Positions 11,686 through 22,900 of a DNA stretch of 64,000 bases are shown here, one piece after another. This stretch comes from Microbotryum violaceum (lineage: Eukaryota): contig CDLV01000006.1 in assembly GCA_001244265.2 (NCBI GenBank), forward strand, positions 806,001 through 870,000, in the 5' to 3' direction. Within the stretch, counting starts at the first letter, position 1. Every line of letters starts with the position of its first letter. The position numbers and the translations under genes were made by a program. Below the pieces are notes generated by a model. That model saw only the letters and a program-made list of their open reading frames with translations, had not been told where the DNA came from and did not search any database.

Positions 11686-12489
11686 CTGCGAAACAGGCCT
11701 ACTTCGCACAAAAACACACAATCCAGAGATTTCCGGGGAAAGTCATGGAGCATGTGACAGTCCATTGGACACGCCTCGGTCTGCAGCGCGGGCGGGTGGC
11801 CGTCAACACCGGCGCGCAGCTGGAGACAAGAGGCGGGGTATACCTTCCGCAGGGGCCTCGCTTCCCTGCGGCGTACTCCCAATCTCGGAACGCACACTCG
11901 AGTCCCGTTGTACGTGCAGGTGGTTCCCAATCACCGCAGATACTGGGGAAAGAAGGAGCATGAGGCCCACGACGGTGATGTCATTGGGTGGGACCTCGCT
12001 CGAGTGTGGATGTGTATGGCGGTTCGGTACCCGAGTCACCCGCCGCGCGGCCGCGACTCCGAGCGAGCAGCAAAGCAAGGAGAGGCGAGCCACGCAGGCA
12101 GTTTGTGCCGGCCTTGAACAGGAGATCACGGAGTCGCTCGACCGAAAGAGAAAACAGACCCGGCCCTTGAGAGGAGTGGAAAACTCACGGCGTAGTCCAG
12201 GAGAGGGCCGAGGGGATCCGCTTTCGCTGTGTGTCATCGTGATGTGGCAGAAGCTCGAACCAAGGGCGACGATGCTCGCCGGCGCAAAGAACTCGAGGCT
12301 CCTGGGGAGTACGGAAGCCTATGATGAGGAATGGCAAAAAGAGCGAGAGAAAACAGGTTCAGTATGCTGGCGTTTTTGGGAGACAGTGGAGAAATTGAGA
12401 AAGAGGGAAAGGGGACTTGTGATTATTTTTATTTTTATTTTTTTTATTTTTTTGGTTTTGGTTTGGGTAGGGAGGGAGCGCCGTCTACT

Positions 12490-15400
12490 TCATCGTGCCA
12501 GTCTGAGCTCCAACCTCTCCTTCAGTCCGGCCATCTCCTTGTCCATGCTCGACATCGCTCTGGCGTGGCGATGGAGATCCCAGCGTCGGTTGCTGAGAGT
12601 GTCAAGCGCCAGCGCAATGAAGGCGCGGGTTGGGCGCTTTTTCGAAGCCGGAAGGCGAGCGCGCAGTCGAGGGAGGCCGTGCTCGATCTGAAGTGCCGTG
12701 TAGTCGAGGTCGAGGATCGACACGACCCCCAGCGCGTCGCAGAGAATGGACCTAGCTGCTTGCCAAAACTGAGAAGAGTCAGGGCAATCATGCCAAAAGT
12801 GAGTAAAGTCATCCTCCACCCCTGCCAGGCTGCATGCCTGCACAAGGCAGCAGGCCGAGTCGCCATGCCGCTGCACAAACTGGCGCTTCCGCGTTGGCGT
12901 GAAGTGGTACGCCAGCTTGAAGTGCACCTCGCGCTCGCGGGCCGTGGCGGGCCCGGTGTTGAACCACCCCCAGAAGAGTCGCCTTTCTTTGGGTGTGGCG
13001 AGTGATCCAGGGCGTTGTGTGTCGTCGAAACGTCGATGGTTGATGACGCGTCGAAGTCGCGCAATGGTGTAAGGTCTGTCCAAGCTCAACATTCTCCACT
13101 GATCAGCACGCAAGGGGGCGGAGGGGAGGGAAAGTTTTTGATCAGGCATGCCGACCGGAGTCGCTCTGGGCAAGATGTGCTCGAGGGGACCGCCGGCCCG
13201 GGCTCCAGGTGCTCCAACGACACGAATGACGGGTGGTCGACGTGCGAGGACGGGAACAGGAGGCGGAAGCGGCGGGATGAAGCGATCGCCTGCGACCTGG
13301 ATCCACGCCTGGACTTGATCGCGCTTCCATTGCCACAGGTTGGACAGCTCCGAGCCGTCGCCTTGGGGATGCTTCTCAGGGGTCCAGGGCACCGTTGGAG
13401 CTGCGGGGTATTCGGCTCGCGCATAGATGTCAGCGATGGTGCGTTCGAAACTGAAAAGCTTCGCCAAACGCTTATCCTGCTCCGAGAACACCCGCGAGTC
13501 ATGCAGACCAGGTTGGAGGGGAGAAAGAGAGAGAAAATTGGAGACCGAAAGTTTGGCAGGATCGACGACGGCAGGGTAGCGTTCAGCGACCGAGAGCACC
13601 GCTCGCCAGCGGGGATGTAGCTCCCGGGGTGCGTCGGCGTTCCTCCACGTCCACAGATCCGTAGCAAAGTCAAAGGTTGGAAGCGCTCGCCGGATGGAAC
13701 TCCGAGCCAGCTCGCCCCAAATCGCAGTTGACCCGCCGGCCAGCACGTCCCAAATCCGTACCGAGACTGAATCCACCACATCTTGGATGCTCACGACGCT
13801 GAGACCACCTCGCGCCCGTGCCGTGAAGACGACCGATTGCTTGTAGTCGCTGCGCCGCGGGCCTCCCTTCACAAAGTCAGCAAGCTTGCGCTCGATCGAC
13901 TTGATCACGTCGGATGGCGGGATGTCGGCGGAGAGAGAGTGCAGCACCTTGGAGATGCCGTAGCGGTTAAGATAGAAAGCCCGGGTATGGTGCGTCATCC
14001 ATCGGTCGCGCACCGATAGAATCACTCGATCAACCCTTCGCTCAAGATCATGGAATCCCAGCCTGTTGTTGCCGTCAGGCGCAAACTGGAGACCGATCCA
14101 GGGAAGAGACTCGTCCGGTGCCACGAACGACAGTTTGGACAAGTCCGCGCGATCCCACAACGTCGCGCCCAATGGCATCACCACAGTTTTGTCGGTGTTT
14201 AGACGTCCGTTCGTCGCGAGTCGCCAATCCCGAGCTAACGCCTCGAGCGAAGCAATAGCTTCCGGCCCAGCAACAGCGACGACGGCGTCATCCGCGAACG
14301 CCAAATTGGTGATGCATCGAGTCTGCGGACGATGAGCCAGCTCCGGAAGAGTGATAGTCAGCGCAATGTTGCGTCGACTGAGAGAATCAAGGAAGGGTTG
14401 GAATACCACATCCCAGACAGAAGAAGAGAGAGGATCGCCCTGGCCAAGACCGCACAGGAGTCGCACCGTCTCGGTGAGGAAACCGTTGACAATGTACCGC
14501 GCTGTGGACGTCTCGCCGTTGTAGAGCATCCGCAAGACGCGCTGGAAAGGTTCCGGCGCGCCGAGAGCCTCAAACACCGCAAAGACCCAATCGTGCTCGA
14601 CCATGTCGTAAGCCGAGCTCTGATCCAGGGAGAGGAGCGCTGCTGTCGGGAACTCTGCCCCACGACCCCTAATCTCATCGATCAGGAGCCGCAGATGCAA
14701 AGCCGCGTCCGCTGGTCTTCGCCCCTTGACGAACCCATGCTGTCCGGCCGGAAGAACATCGGGGAGGATCCGGTTCAGACGAGCCACGTAGACCTTGGTG
14801 AAGATCTTGTAGTCGCATTCCCGCAAGGTGATCGGACGATACGATTTGAGGTCGCACCGTGCTGCACCAGGTTTGTTGTGTTTGAACAAGAGGCGCACAT
14901 TGGCCTGGCTCTGTTGTGGAGTAAGGGAGCCTCGAGTAATCAGCTCGTTGTAGGCTCGAGTCAAGAGAGGGGCCCAAAGCAGGGGGCAGGCTCGATACAT
15001 CTCATAGGGGACCCCTGAAGGACCCGGAGATCGACCTTCGTGCGTGGTTCGAATCGCTGCGAGCACCTCGGCCTCGCTGATGGGCTCGGCCAGAATGTCG
15101 ACGTGCGAATTCGAGAAGCGCCGAAGGAAGCGAGCGTCGGAAAGCGGGTCGTCACAAGGTCTTGCTGATCTGATGGGTCCCAAGAGCTCATCCCGCATCG
15201 TCACGACCTGTTCCGGATCCTTCGCTTCGACAAGGTAGTGCTGCTGGAAATGAGAATGGGTGTGTTCGAGCGCGCGCTCAATGTCAGTGGTGAGCTCGCC
15301 ATCAGCGAGCCGGATACTCTGAAACTTCACATCGCGGGACCGAGCAGCCAGTTTGGCATGTACCGGACGACTGAGACGTTCCTCGGATGCAATCTCGGGA

Positions 15401-16530
15401 ACGTGCGCCCTGATCCGGGACTGCCTTGCTCGCTCGTTCACAAGCTTGGAGAGAGCGTCGTGGGTGTTCGTCCAGTCGATAATATCGAAGGGGCTTAGCA
15501 CCCGACGAGACTCAATGTCCTGCAGTCGAGATACCAGCATCATCTCGAGGGCGTTGCGCTCCCGAAACAGACGCCGAGACAGCTCGAGAGCTTGGACCCG
15601 AGACTCCGAGAGTACGCGCTGAAGGTCCGCGACCGGATCCCCAGACGGCGCCTGCTCAAGGAGAGGAGTGACGGACTCCTTAAACTCGGCGTGTTTGAAG
15701 GTCGACGAGTTGATGCGGGTCAGAAAATGCGCCGCCTGGGGAAGGCAGAGCTCCTCTTCGACCTCGGCACCACTTGCGCGCAGCCTAAATGTGACCATAA
15801 CCGGTCGATGATCCGACATGGGTCGAGAGATATTGTACAGAGTAGAAGCAGAAACGATCCGTCGCTCGTGTCGCCGCTGCACCAGAACAAAGTCGATGCG
15901 CGCGCGCGAAATGAGCTGGCCATCCTTGCTGAGATGCGGGCGCGTGGTCGCCGGCGACAGTGGGTGCATGAGCCGAATGGCATCCGTGTACGCCCCGTCA
16001 AGCCGAGACATAAGCACAGGCCAGTGGTGGGTGTTCGGGCGGTCCACCTGTTGCGCTCGATCCACCGCGGGAATAGGGCAGTCGTTCAGATCGCCCGCGA
16101 TGAACCGAATGTGAGAGGAGACGGTCGCCCGAAAGTGAAGGGAGGTGAAGAAGAGGAGGCGCTCGGCGGGTTGAACCGGAGCGTAGATATTGTTGAGTTC
16201 GACGACGTCCGTCGAACCCCGCACATCGAAGGTGGTCACGAGTAAGCGCCCGCCAAGAGACTGACGCGTGCGACGATGACCACCGAGAAGAGGAGAAGAG
16301 CTTGGAATCAAAGTGAGGCAGTGTTGAGAAAAGTAGGCCTCGCCCTGGTGGGACTGGGCGTACTCGTGGCGTATGTGAGGTTGCCGTGCTTTAGGAACAT
16401 TATGTTCCTGGAGAAGGATAGCAGAAGGGGGAGGTGTGAGCGAAGTGATATACGAAAGAAGCCGACGACGTCGTTCAGGGGTATTGAAGCCCCTGTTGAC
16501 GTTCCAGGTCATGATGATGAAGTCAATCAT
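12490..16530 (-). CDS. LINE ORF2: APE-type endonuclease, reverse transcriptase and C-terminal Cys/His domain (1346 aa, uninterrupted)
   Basis: TWNVNRG, LLQE, GDLND, RIDF, SDH (endonuclease); SPGPSG, YRPITL, QHGF, GLGQGDPLS, FADD (RT); C..C...HFWHDC. Confidence 0.95.
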   Translation of the reverse strand: MIDFIIMTWNVNRGFNTPERRRRLLSYITSLTPPPSAILLQEHNVPKARQPHIRHEYAQSHQGEAYFSQHCLTLIPSSSPLLGGHRRTRQSLGGRLLVTTFDVRGSTDVVELNNIYAPVQPAERLLFFTSLHFRATVSSHIRFIAGDLNDCPIPAVDRAQQVDRPNTHHWPVLMSRLDGAYTDAIRLMHPLSPATTRPHLSKDGQLISRARIDFVLVQRRHERRIVSASTLYNISRPMSDHRPVMVTFRLRASGAEVEEELCLPQAAHFLTRINSSTFKHAEFKESVTPLLEQAPSGDPVADLQRVLSESRVQALELSRRLFRERNALEMMLVSRLQDIESRRVLSPFDIIDWTNTHDALSKLVNERARQSRIRAHVPEIASEERLSRPVHAKLAARSRDVKFQSIRLADGELTTDIERALEHTHSHFQQHYLVEAKDPEQVVTMRDELLGPIRSARPCDDPLSDARFLRRFSNSHVDILAEPISEAEVLAAIRTTHEGRSPGPSGVPYEMYRACPLLWAPLLTRAYNELITRGSLTPQQSQANVRLLFKHNKPGAARCDLKSYRPITLRECDYKIFTKVYVARLNRILPDVLPAGQHGFVKGRRPADAALHLRLLIDEIRGRGAEFPTAALLSLDQSSAYDMVEHDWVFAVFEALGAPEPFQRVLRMLYNGETSTARYIVNGFLTETVRLLCGLGQGDPLSSSVWDVVFQPFLDSLSRRNIALTITLPELAHRPQTRCITNLAFADDAVVAVAGPEAIASLEALARDWRLATNGRLNTDKTVVMPLGATLWDRADLSKLSFVAPDESLPWIGLQFAPDGNNRLGFHDLERRVDRVILSVRDRWMTHHTRAFYLNRYGISKVLHSLSADIPPSDVIKSIERKLADFVKGGPRRSDYKQSVVFTARARGGLSVVSIQDVVDSVSVRIWDVLAGGSTAIWGELARSSIRRALPTFDFATDLWTWRNADAPRELHPRWRAVLSVAERYPAVVDPAKLSVSNFLSLSPLQPGLHDSRVFSEQDKRLAKLFSFERTIADIYARAEYPAAPTVPWTPEKHPQGDGSELSNLWQWKRDQVQAWIQVAGDRFIPPLPPPVPVLARRPPVIRVVGAPGARAGGPLEHILPRATPVGMPDQKLSLPSAPLRADQWRMLSLDRPYTIARLRRVINHRRFDDTQRPGSLATPKERRLFWGWFNTGPATAREREVHFKLAYHFTPTRKRQFVQRHGDSACCLVQACSLAGVEDDFTHFWHDCPDSSQFWQAARSILCDALGVVSILDLDYTALQIEHGLPRLRARLPASKKRPTRAFIALALDTLSNRRWDLHRHARAMSSMDKEMAGLKERLELRLAR

Positions 16531-19343
16531 TACGATTGCGCCTTCGTTGCAGCAGCAGCTCCCTTGATGGACAACATAGGTCCGAATGTGGGTGAGGGGA
16601 GCGGGTCCGCAGCAGTCGATTCGTTCCAGTCCGATGTGCGCGCAACGCTGGTGAGACGCTGGATACGCTCGGACCGGCGAAGACCCTGGGAACTTCCTTT
16701 GTCCACCTCCTGCTTGGGCTCGGGCTCGGGATCAAACACTGGACCTGGAGACGGCGAAGGCATCCAACCGGTTACAGACGGGGTGCGGTCCAACTCGGTG
16801 ATCTCATCGTACAGACCAGCATCCTGTTTGCGCTCGCGGTCCGACACACGATTCATCCAGTCGTCGGGAAGGCCGTCCATATCAAGCTGATGGTGACTGG
16901 CCGATCGGGACCGCGTCAGCTCAGGGGTCGTCGAAACAACCACAGGCACAGTGCCCGTCTCGGCCGACTGCGATTCCCCTTCTTCCGCGTCACTCGTCTC
17001 CGTGTGTTCCTCCTGGCTCCCCTCCGCTCCGCGGTCCTACAGATCCGACAGATCCGAAGGCTCCAACGGCGGCACCTCCTGCTGTTGTTCCAGCTGTGCC
17101 TCGACTACGCTCATCGCGTCCTCGTCGTCCTCGAGAGCCTGAGCGGGCTCCTCCTGCGCCTCTTCGGCCACGTCGCCGGCCAGACTTGCGAATGGGTTCG
17201 CGGCGACGATGAAACCGCGAGGGGCGGATGCTGTGGGTGTAGAGCTTTGTGAACGAGTGGGGTAGACTCGTGGTGAGTTGTTAGTGTCCCTTGAGGGAGA
17301 TGCGTTCTTCTTTGAACGCTTGAACGCGACAGGAGACATTGGGGGAGAGGGAGAGGCTACATCACTGCGTTGTTTTTGGGGGGTCGAGGTTTGCTCGATG
17401 TTGCTTTGGGGCTCGGCCTGGGGCCTTTGGTTGTTGTTTTTCTTCTGGGCGGCCTGCTGACGCTGGACCGCCTTTTGGACGCAGCTGTCGATGTGGCCTA
17501 CGAAGCCGCATCGGCGACAAGAAGCTTCGGACTCGAAGTCGTGTCGAAGTGGCGTGACTTGGGCGAGTCGTCCCCGGAGGTCGATCCTCGTCGGGAGAAT
17601 TTGTCGAAGCTGGGCTCCCTGATTCTTGAAGAGGTCGTCGTTGTCGAACCTGACGATGGCTGAGTAGTTGCCTCGAGCGACCAAATAGGAGTCCTGTACA
17701 ACGTGGAGGGGCTGCTGGAGTTGCAGCAAAGAGCAGCTGTGGCCGCCGGCGGTGATCTGTGCGACGAGACCTTGCAGCTTCGTCCAAAGGAGGTCGGTCG
17801 TGTAATCGACGTCGGGGCTGATCACGAAACGCAACTCGACGACATTCTTGACGAAAGCCAGGCGTTTGCGGACTTGGACAGGCGAGCGTTTCCACTCGAT
17901 CTTGGTCGCCGCTTCATGCACCTTGTCAAGAGCCTCCACGCTGGCGCATCGCACGACGAACTTGAAACGGGTGTTACCGTTGATCTGGACCGCCTCCGGG
18001 GTGACCCCATGGATGACCGGTGCATACTTGGCTAGCTCGGGTGGGAGGACCACTCCGGCGGGAAGGTTGAAGCATAGGGATGTGTCCGGCGATAACGTGC
18101 GGAGCACCTTGGAGTACGCGTCCGCCTTCTCGCGCTCACTAGCGACACCTTTCGACCCCCCAAAAACAACGCAGTGATGTAGCCTCTCCCTCTCCCCAAT
18201 GTCTCCTGTCGCGTTCAAGCGTTCAAAGAAGAACGCATCTCCCTCAAGGGACACTAACAACTCACCACGAGTCTACCCCACTCGTTCACAAAGCTCTACA
18301 CCCACAGCATCCGCCCCTCGCGGTTTCATCGTCGCCGCGAACCCATTCGCAAGTCTGGCCGGCGACGTGGCCGAAGAGGCGCAGGAGGAGCCCGCTCAGG
18401 CTCTCGAGGACGACGAGGACGCGATGAGCGTAGTCGAGGCACAGCTGGAACAACAGCAGGAGGTGCCGCCGTTGGAGCCTTCGGATCTGTCGGATCTGTA
18501 GGACCGCGGAGCGGAGGGGAGCCAGGAGGAACACACGGAGACGAGTGACGCGGAAGAAGGGGAATCGCAGTCGGCCGAGACGGGCACTGTGCCTGTGGTT
18601 GTTTCGACGACCCCTGAGCTGACGCGGTCCCGATCGGCCAGTCACCATCAGCTTGATATGGACGGCCTTCCCGACGACTGGATGAATCGTGTGTCGGACC
18701 GCGAGCGCAAACAGGATGCTGGTCTGTACGATGAGATCACCGAGTTGGACCGCACCCCGTCTGTAACCGGTTGGATGCCTTCGCCGTCTCCAGGTCCAGT
18801 GTTTGATCCCGAGCCCGAGCCCAAGCAGGAGGTGGACAAAGGAAGTTCCCAGGGTCTTCGCCGGTCCGAGCGTATCCAGCGTCTCACCAGCGTTGCGCGC
18901 ACATCGGACTGGAACGAATCGACTGCTGCGGACCCGCTCCCCTCACCCACATTCGGACCTATGTTGTCCATCAAGGGAGCTGCTGCTGCAACGAAGGCGC
19001 AATCGTAATGATTGACTTCATCATCATGACCTGGAACGTCAACAGGGGCTTCAATACCCCTGAACGACGTCGTCGGCTTCTTTCGTATATCACTTCGCTC
19101 ACACCTCCCCCTTCTGCTATCCTTCTCCAGGAACATAATGTTCCTAAAGCACGGCAACCTCACATACGCCACGAGTACGCCCAGTCCCACCAGGGCGAGG
19201 CCTACTTTTCGGTACAGCGCTAGGCCGGGGTTCGCTGGTCCCTCGGCGGCATCGGCCTCCGCCCCCGCGTCACCACGTGGTTGTCCCGTCGCTGCCGGAT
19301 CCGGAGGGCCGCGGCCCGGATCAGGCGGTGCCTGGTCAGACAT
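16530..19343 (-). pseudogene. Family A ORF1 (nucleic-acid chaperone), disrupted
   Basis: N-terminus at 19343-19211, then the inverted duplication, then body from 18151 with knuckle CRRCGFVGHIDSC. In-frame TAG at 17037-17039. Terminal TAA overlaps the ORF2 ATG. Confidence 0.8.
18152..19210 (+). repeat. Inverted duplication of 16328-17387
   Basis: Reverse complement of 16328-17387, matching by eye except for one base in a C-run. The ORF track gives mirror-image peptides. Confidence 0.95.
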
Positions 19344-19416
19344 CGGGTCGATAGCTGGTGTAGCAGTTGATGTATTCGATGTATTGACGTTTGCCGAGGT
19401 AGAGTAGCGTGATTGG

Positions 19417-19456
19417 GATGAAAGATGAAAGATGAAAGATGAAAGATGAAAGATGA
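19417..19456. repeat. (GATGAAA)5 GATGA heptamer repeat at the 5' end of element A
   Basis: Read directly. Confidence 0.95.
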
Positions 19457-19978
19457 TTTTTTTTTTTGTATGAAACTCATCGCTAATTTGCAAGACGAGA
19501 AACCCCCCTACGGAACTAAAGGTGATGTTGCCCAGTATGCACGTTGATGACCACAACCGCCGCTCGATGCGTTGTAACTAGCAGAACAAACCAACCCGAT
19601 ACATCCGAGTTCAAGTCCCCCCCACCCACGGTTGCTCCCTCCCAGAGACGAATGAAAGGAAGATTGAAGATAATACACGGGGAATCTGGAAACGATGGAA
19701 GAAATGTTGGTGGTGGTACATGTGTTGTACAGGTGAATCCGATCATAGTTGTACAGTTGAACCTTCTTCGATCTTTTGACTTCAGACCCCCCTGAGACTG
19801 CCATACTCCTTGAGGCCCTTAATTCTTTGAGACGCGTCGAACAAGGCCTCCGATGGCACAAACATCCCGCTCAATCCGAATGATTCACGTGGTCCAAAAG
19901 GGGGAATGTAACCCCTGCGACCGCAGCAATCACATACCCCTTGTACCCGTCTGCGCTGGATCTCCACCGCGGAGTCCA
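19457..19978 (-). mobile_element. Family C copy 2 (3' fragment, A11 tail), flanked by AGATGA(T)n on both sides
   Basis: Near-identical to 8378-8897. AGATGA at 19451-19456 and 19978-19983, each followed by a T-run. Confidence 0.78.
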
Positions 19979-19983
19979 GATGA

Positions 19984-22900
19984 TTTTTTTTTTTTGACTG
20001 GGGCTCATAAATTGCAATCCTTCGGGTTGGATGGGACCGCTACAAAAAGAGCTAAAGGAGGTTATAAAGCAACGACAGCAAGCAGTTGGGTGAAAGTCAA
20101 ACCCCTGCGCGCAAACAGCGCTGCGCAGATCAAAGCCCGCCGAGCACCTAACGCGGACTCCAACGGGCGGTGAGTACTGCTGCCGCTTCACGCCCCAAGA
20201 GCGGGAGCAAAGATACTCGAAAACCAGGCAAGAGCGCCTAGAGAAAGAAGGGGGAGAGTATACAGAAAGTCACGACTGGGGATACGCAGAACCAGGAATA
20301 CTAAGACAGAGAGGAGGGGAACACACCCGAGGGGCCAAGTTAGGGGGTCGAAGCCGGAGGTAGAGGTCCCCAGGGACTAACAGGCCGCAGCCAAGCCCCA
20401 GCTACTCGTCACCCCGACAGCGCCTGATGTCCTCCCTTGGCTGAATCTCGAGTGCTGGCTGTTGAGCCGTCGGGGCCGAGATAAAAGCGATCCAGTACAA
20501 CGAAACGAGCCTCGCCTTGACGCGAGGATATTGACCAGAAACGAGCGACCTTCCTTCCCGAGCCATGCCGTAGATCTTGACCAACGCGAACGAACGAACC
20601 ATTCAACGGAATCCAACACACGGCTTAGGAGTAAAAGGAGAAGTGGCTGAAGCGTAGTCAACAACCGAGCAACAGGAACGAGAAGAGGAAGGGAAGGGAA
20701 AAAAGGGGGGAAAGGAGAGGGAAAAACTTCACAAAGCCTCCAACGCAAAGACAATCGACCTGGCTTGCCGATCCATCCAAGAACAAAAAACCGCTACTGC
20801 GCAAAGTAGAGAGAGAGAGGGAGAGGTGCGCAGCCTTCCACTGCGCAACAAGTTCCAAGACAGTCAGCTTCTAAAAGAGGAGTCGACCTCCGAAAAAGAA
20901 GGGAGGAAAGGAGGGGAGGAAAATGGGAAGGAAGGACTTAACTCGGTCATCACACCTCCCAATCTCGAGCCCCAGGCACAAAACCCGCTCGAGAGAGAAA
21001 ATCTCGCTCGAACGCTCTGAGTGCACTGGGGAGCGAGGGAGGGGCCACGACCTTGTCCAGTTCGAACCGCTGATGAACGCGCCAGCGGAGCAGGTGCAGC
21101 CGCTGGAAGCCGATCGCGCAGGCCAGCCGAACCCACATCCATCTCGAGGTCGTTCTCCCACGACCCCGCAAAAGGGGGAGCCCCATAGTCAGCTGCTCCG
21201 GAGTGAACGTCGACGGATCGACGTCGGTATCCTCGATGCCCAGCTTGTCGAACAGAATGCGAAGCACCCCACCCCAGAAGCTGGTCGAGTACGCGCACTC
21301 GAAGAAGTAGTGCGACACCGTCTCGATGACCGCTGCATCGTTGCCGCAGAACAGACACGTCGGCGAAGAGGCATGACCCTGAGTATGCTGCCTCTTGCGC
21401 GTCGGCGTCACGTCGTACATGAGCCGCCAGTGGGTGTCCTGCTCCACAGCAGACGCGAACCGGTCATGAAGCCATCTCCAGAAGCGCTTCCTATCGCTCT
21501 GAGAAGTCCCATCACGGAAACGCTTGACACGATCCTCCCTCCCTGGGAACCGAACCACGTTCACAAGCCGACGAAGCTTGCGAATAGTGAACGGTCGGGT
21601 GAGCCCAAAGAAGTTGAAGCACCGAGGACGGGGAGCCTCCTTGAGAGGTATCCGAGCAGGTCGCAACGCGGTCTTGGGCAGCAAGGCTTTCGCCTTGAGC
21701 ATTTGACCCACGCGCGACCACACGTGCTCGTGCTGTAGGGCGGGTTCCTTAGAGTGCTGCCAGAACCCGCGTCGATGACCAACCAGAGCCCAGCCCTTCC
21801 CTTCGTCCCTCCAGTACAGGTCCGCGATCTGCGCAAACTTCGCCACTGCGTCCGCATCGTCATATGCGTGCTTGGCACCTTCAGCATAGAGTGAAGGGAG
21901 GCGAGGCGGAAGCGAGAGCAATTCGGGGAGCGTAAGGAGTTCGGACTTGATGGTTGGAACTGTGACCCTGGCAGCTGCAACGACTGCCCCCAGCGCGTCG
22001 AGTCGCGATACAGCTTCTCGACCCGAGCCGTGCTGCTGAAGAACCCCCACGGACTGAAATCGCGGGTCGCAGCGACGAGGGACCTCCAGCTCTCGCGAGC
22101 TAGGGGCGCCCAGATCGCCTCGTTCGAGCCCGCCACAGCATCCCAAAATCGAAGCGCCACCGAATGAACGATGTCGCCGATTGAAATCAAGCCCAAGCCA
22201 CCGTCCTCCCGAGCCTGGAACACGAAATCGCGAGCGACGGTATTTCGCCCTGCTCCTCCCCAAACAAAATCCGTAAGTGCTGTCTCCGCCGCCTTAATGA
22301 ACCATTGAGGCGGTATGTCGAAGGACAGCACGTGGAGGACCGTCGAGATGATGTGAGCGTTGGCATAGAAGACCTTCCCACTCGGCGAAAGTGTCCGGTC
22401 TCCAGCGGCGCGGGTCTTGGCCTTGATCCTGTCAAGAACATGGGTCCAAAACAGTTTCGAGTCACCGTGGCGAAAGAAGGCATAGCCGCACCACTTGAAG
22501 CTCTCCCCCTCCTGCACCGTTGGCAGCGCCTGCGCAGTCTCGTCCCGAAGCCAGTTCGGTCCGAGTGGTAGCACCAGCGTCTTGTCCGTGTTGGTCTTCC
22601 CGTTGGTTGCCTCGTACCACGTCTGCGACAGCGTTTCCAGCTTCGACAATGCCGCCGGTGACTCCACTACCACCACAGCATCGTCGGCAAACGCCAGATG
22701 CGTAAGCTGCGCACGCGGCCCCCTGGCCACACCTTCTGCAGGTCGAGCGCGATCCCGCGCCGAACGAGGGCGTCGAGGAAGGGCTGGAACGTGATGTTCC
22801 AAACCGGGCACGAGAGGGGATCCCCCTGACCGAGACCACACAGCAACCGCACCAACTCCGTGGGGAACCCATTGATGAGGTAGCGCACCCCCAGAGTCTC

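Larger units (their letters stand above)
11686..19456 (-). mobile_element. Near full-length L1/Tx1-type LINE, family A, internally rearranged and lacking a poly(A) tail
   Basis: 5' heptamer repeat, ORF1 start MSDQAPPDPGRGPPDP at 19343, ORF1 knuckle, intact ORF2 and ~800 nt of 3'UTR fused directly to mitochondrial DNA. Confidence 0.9.

Noticed and set aside
19417-19456. Telomeric repeat or CRISPR-like array
   Set aside because: No spacers, not TTAGGG-like, and interstitial.
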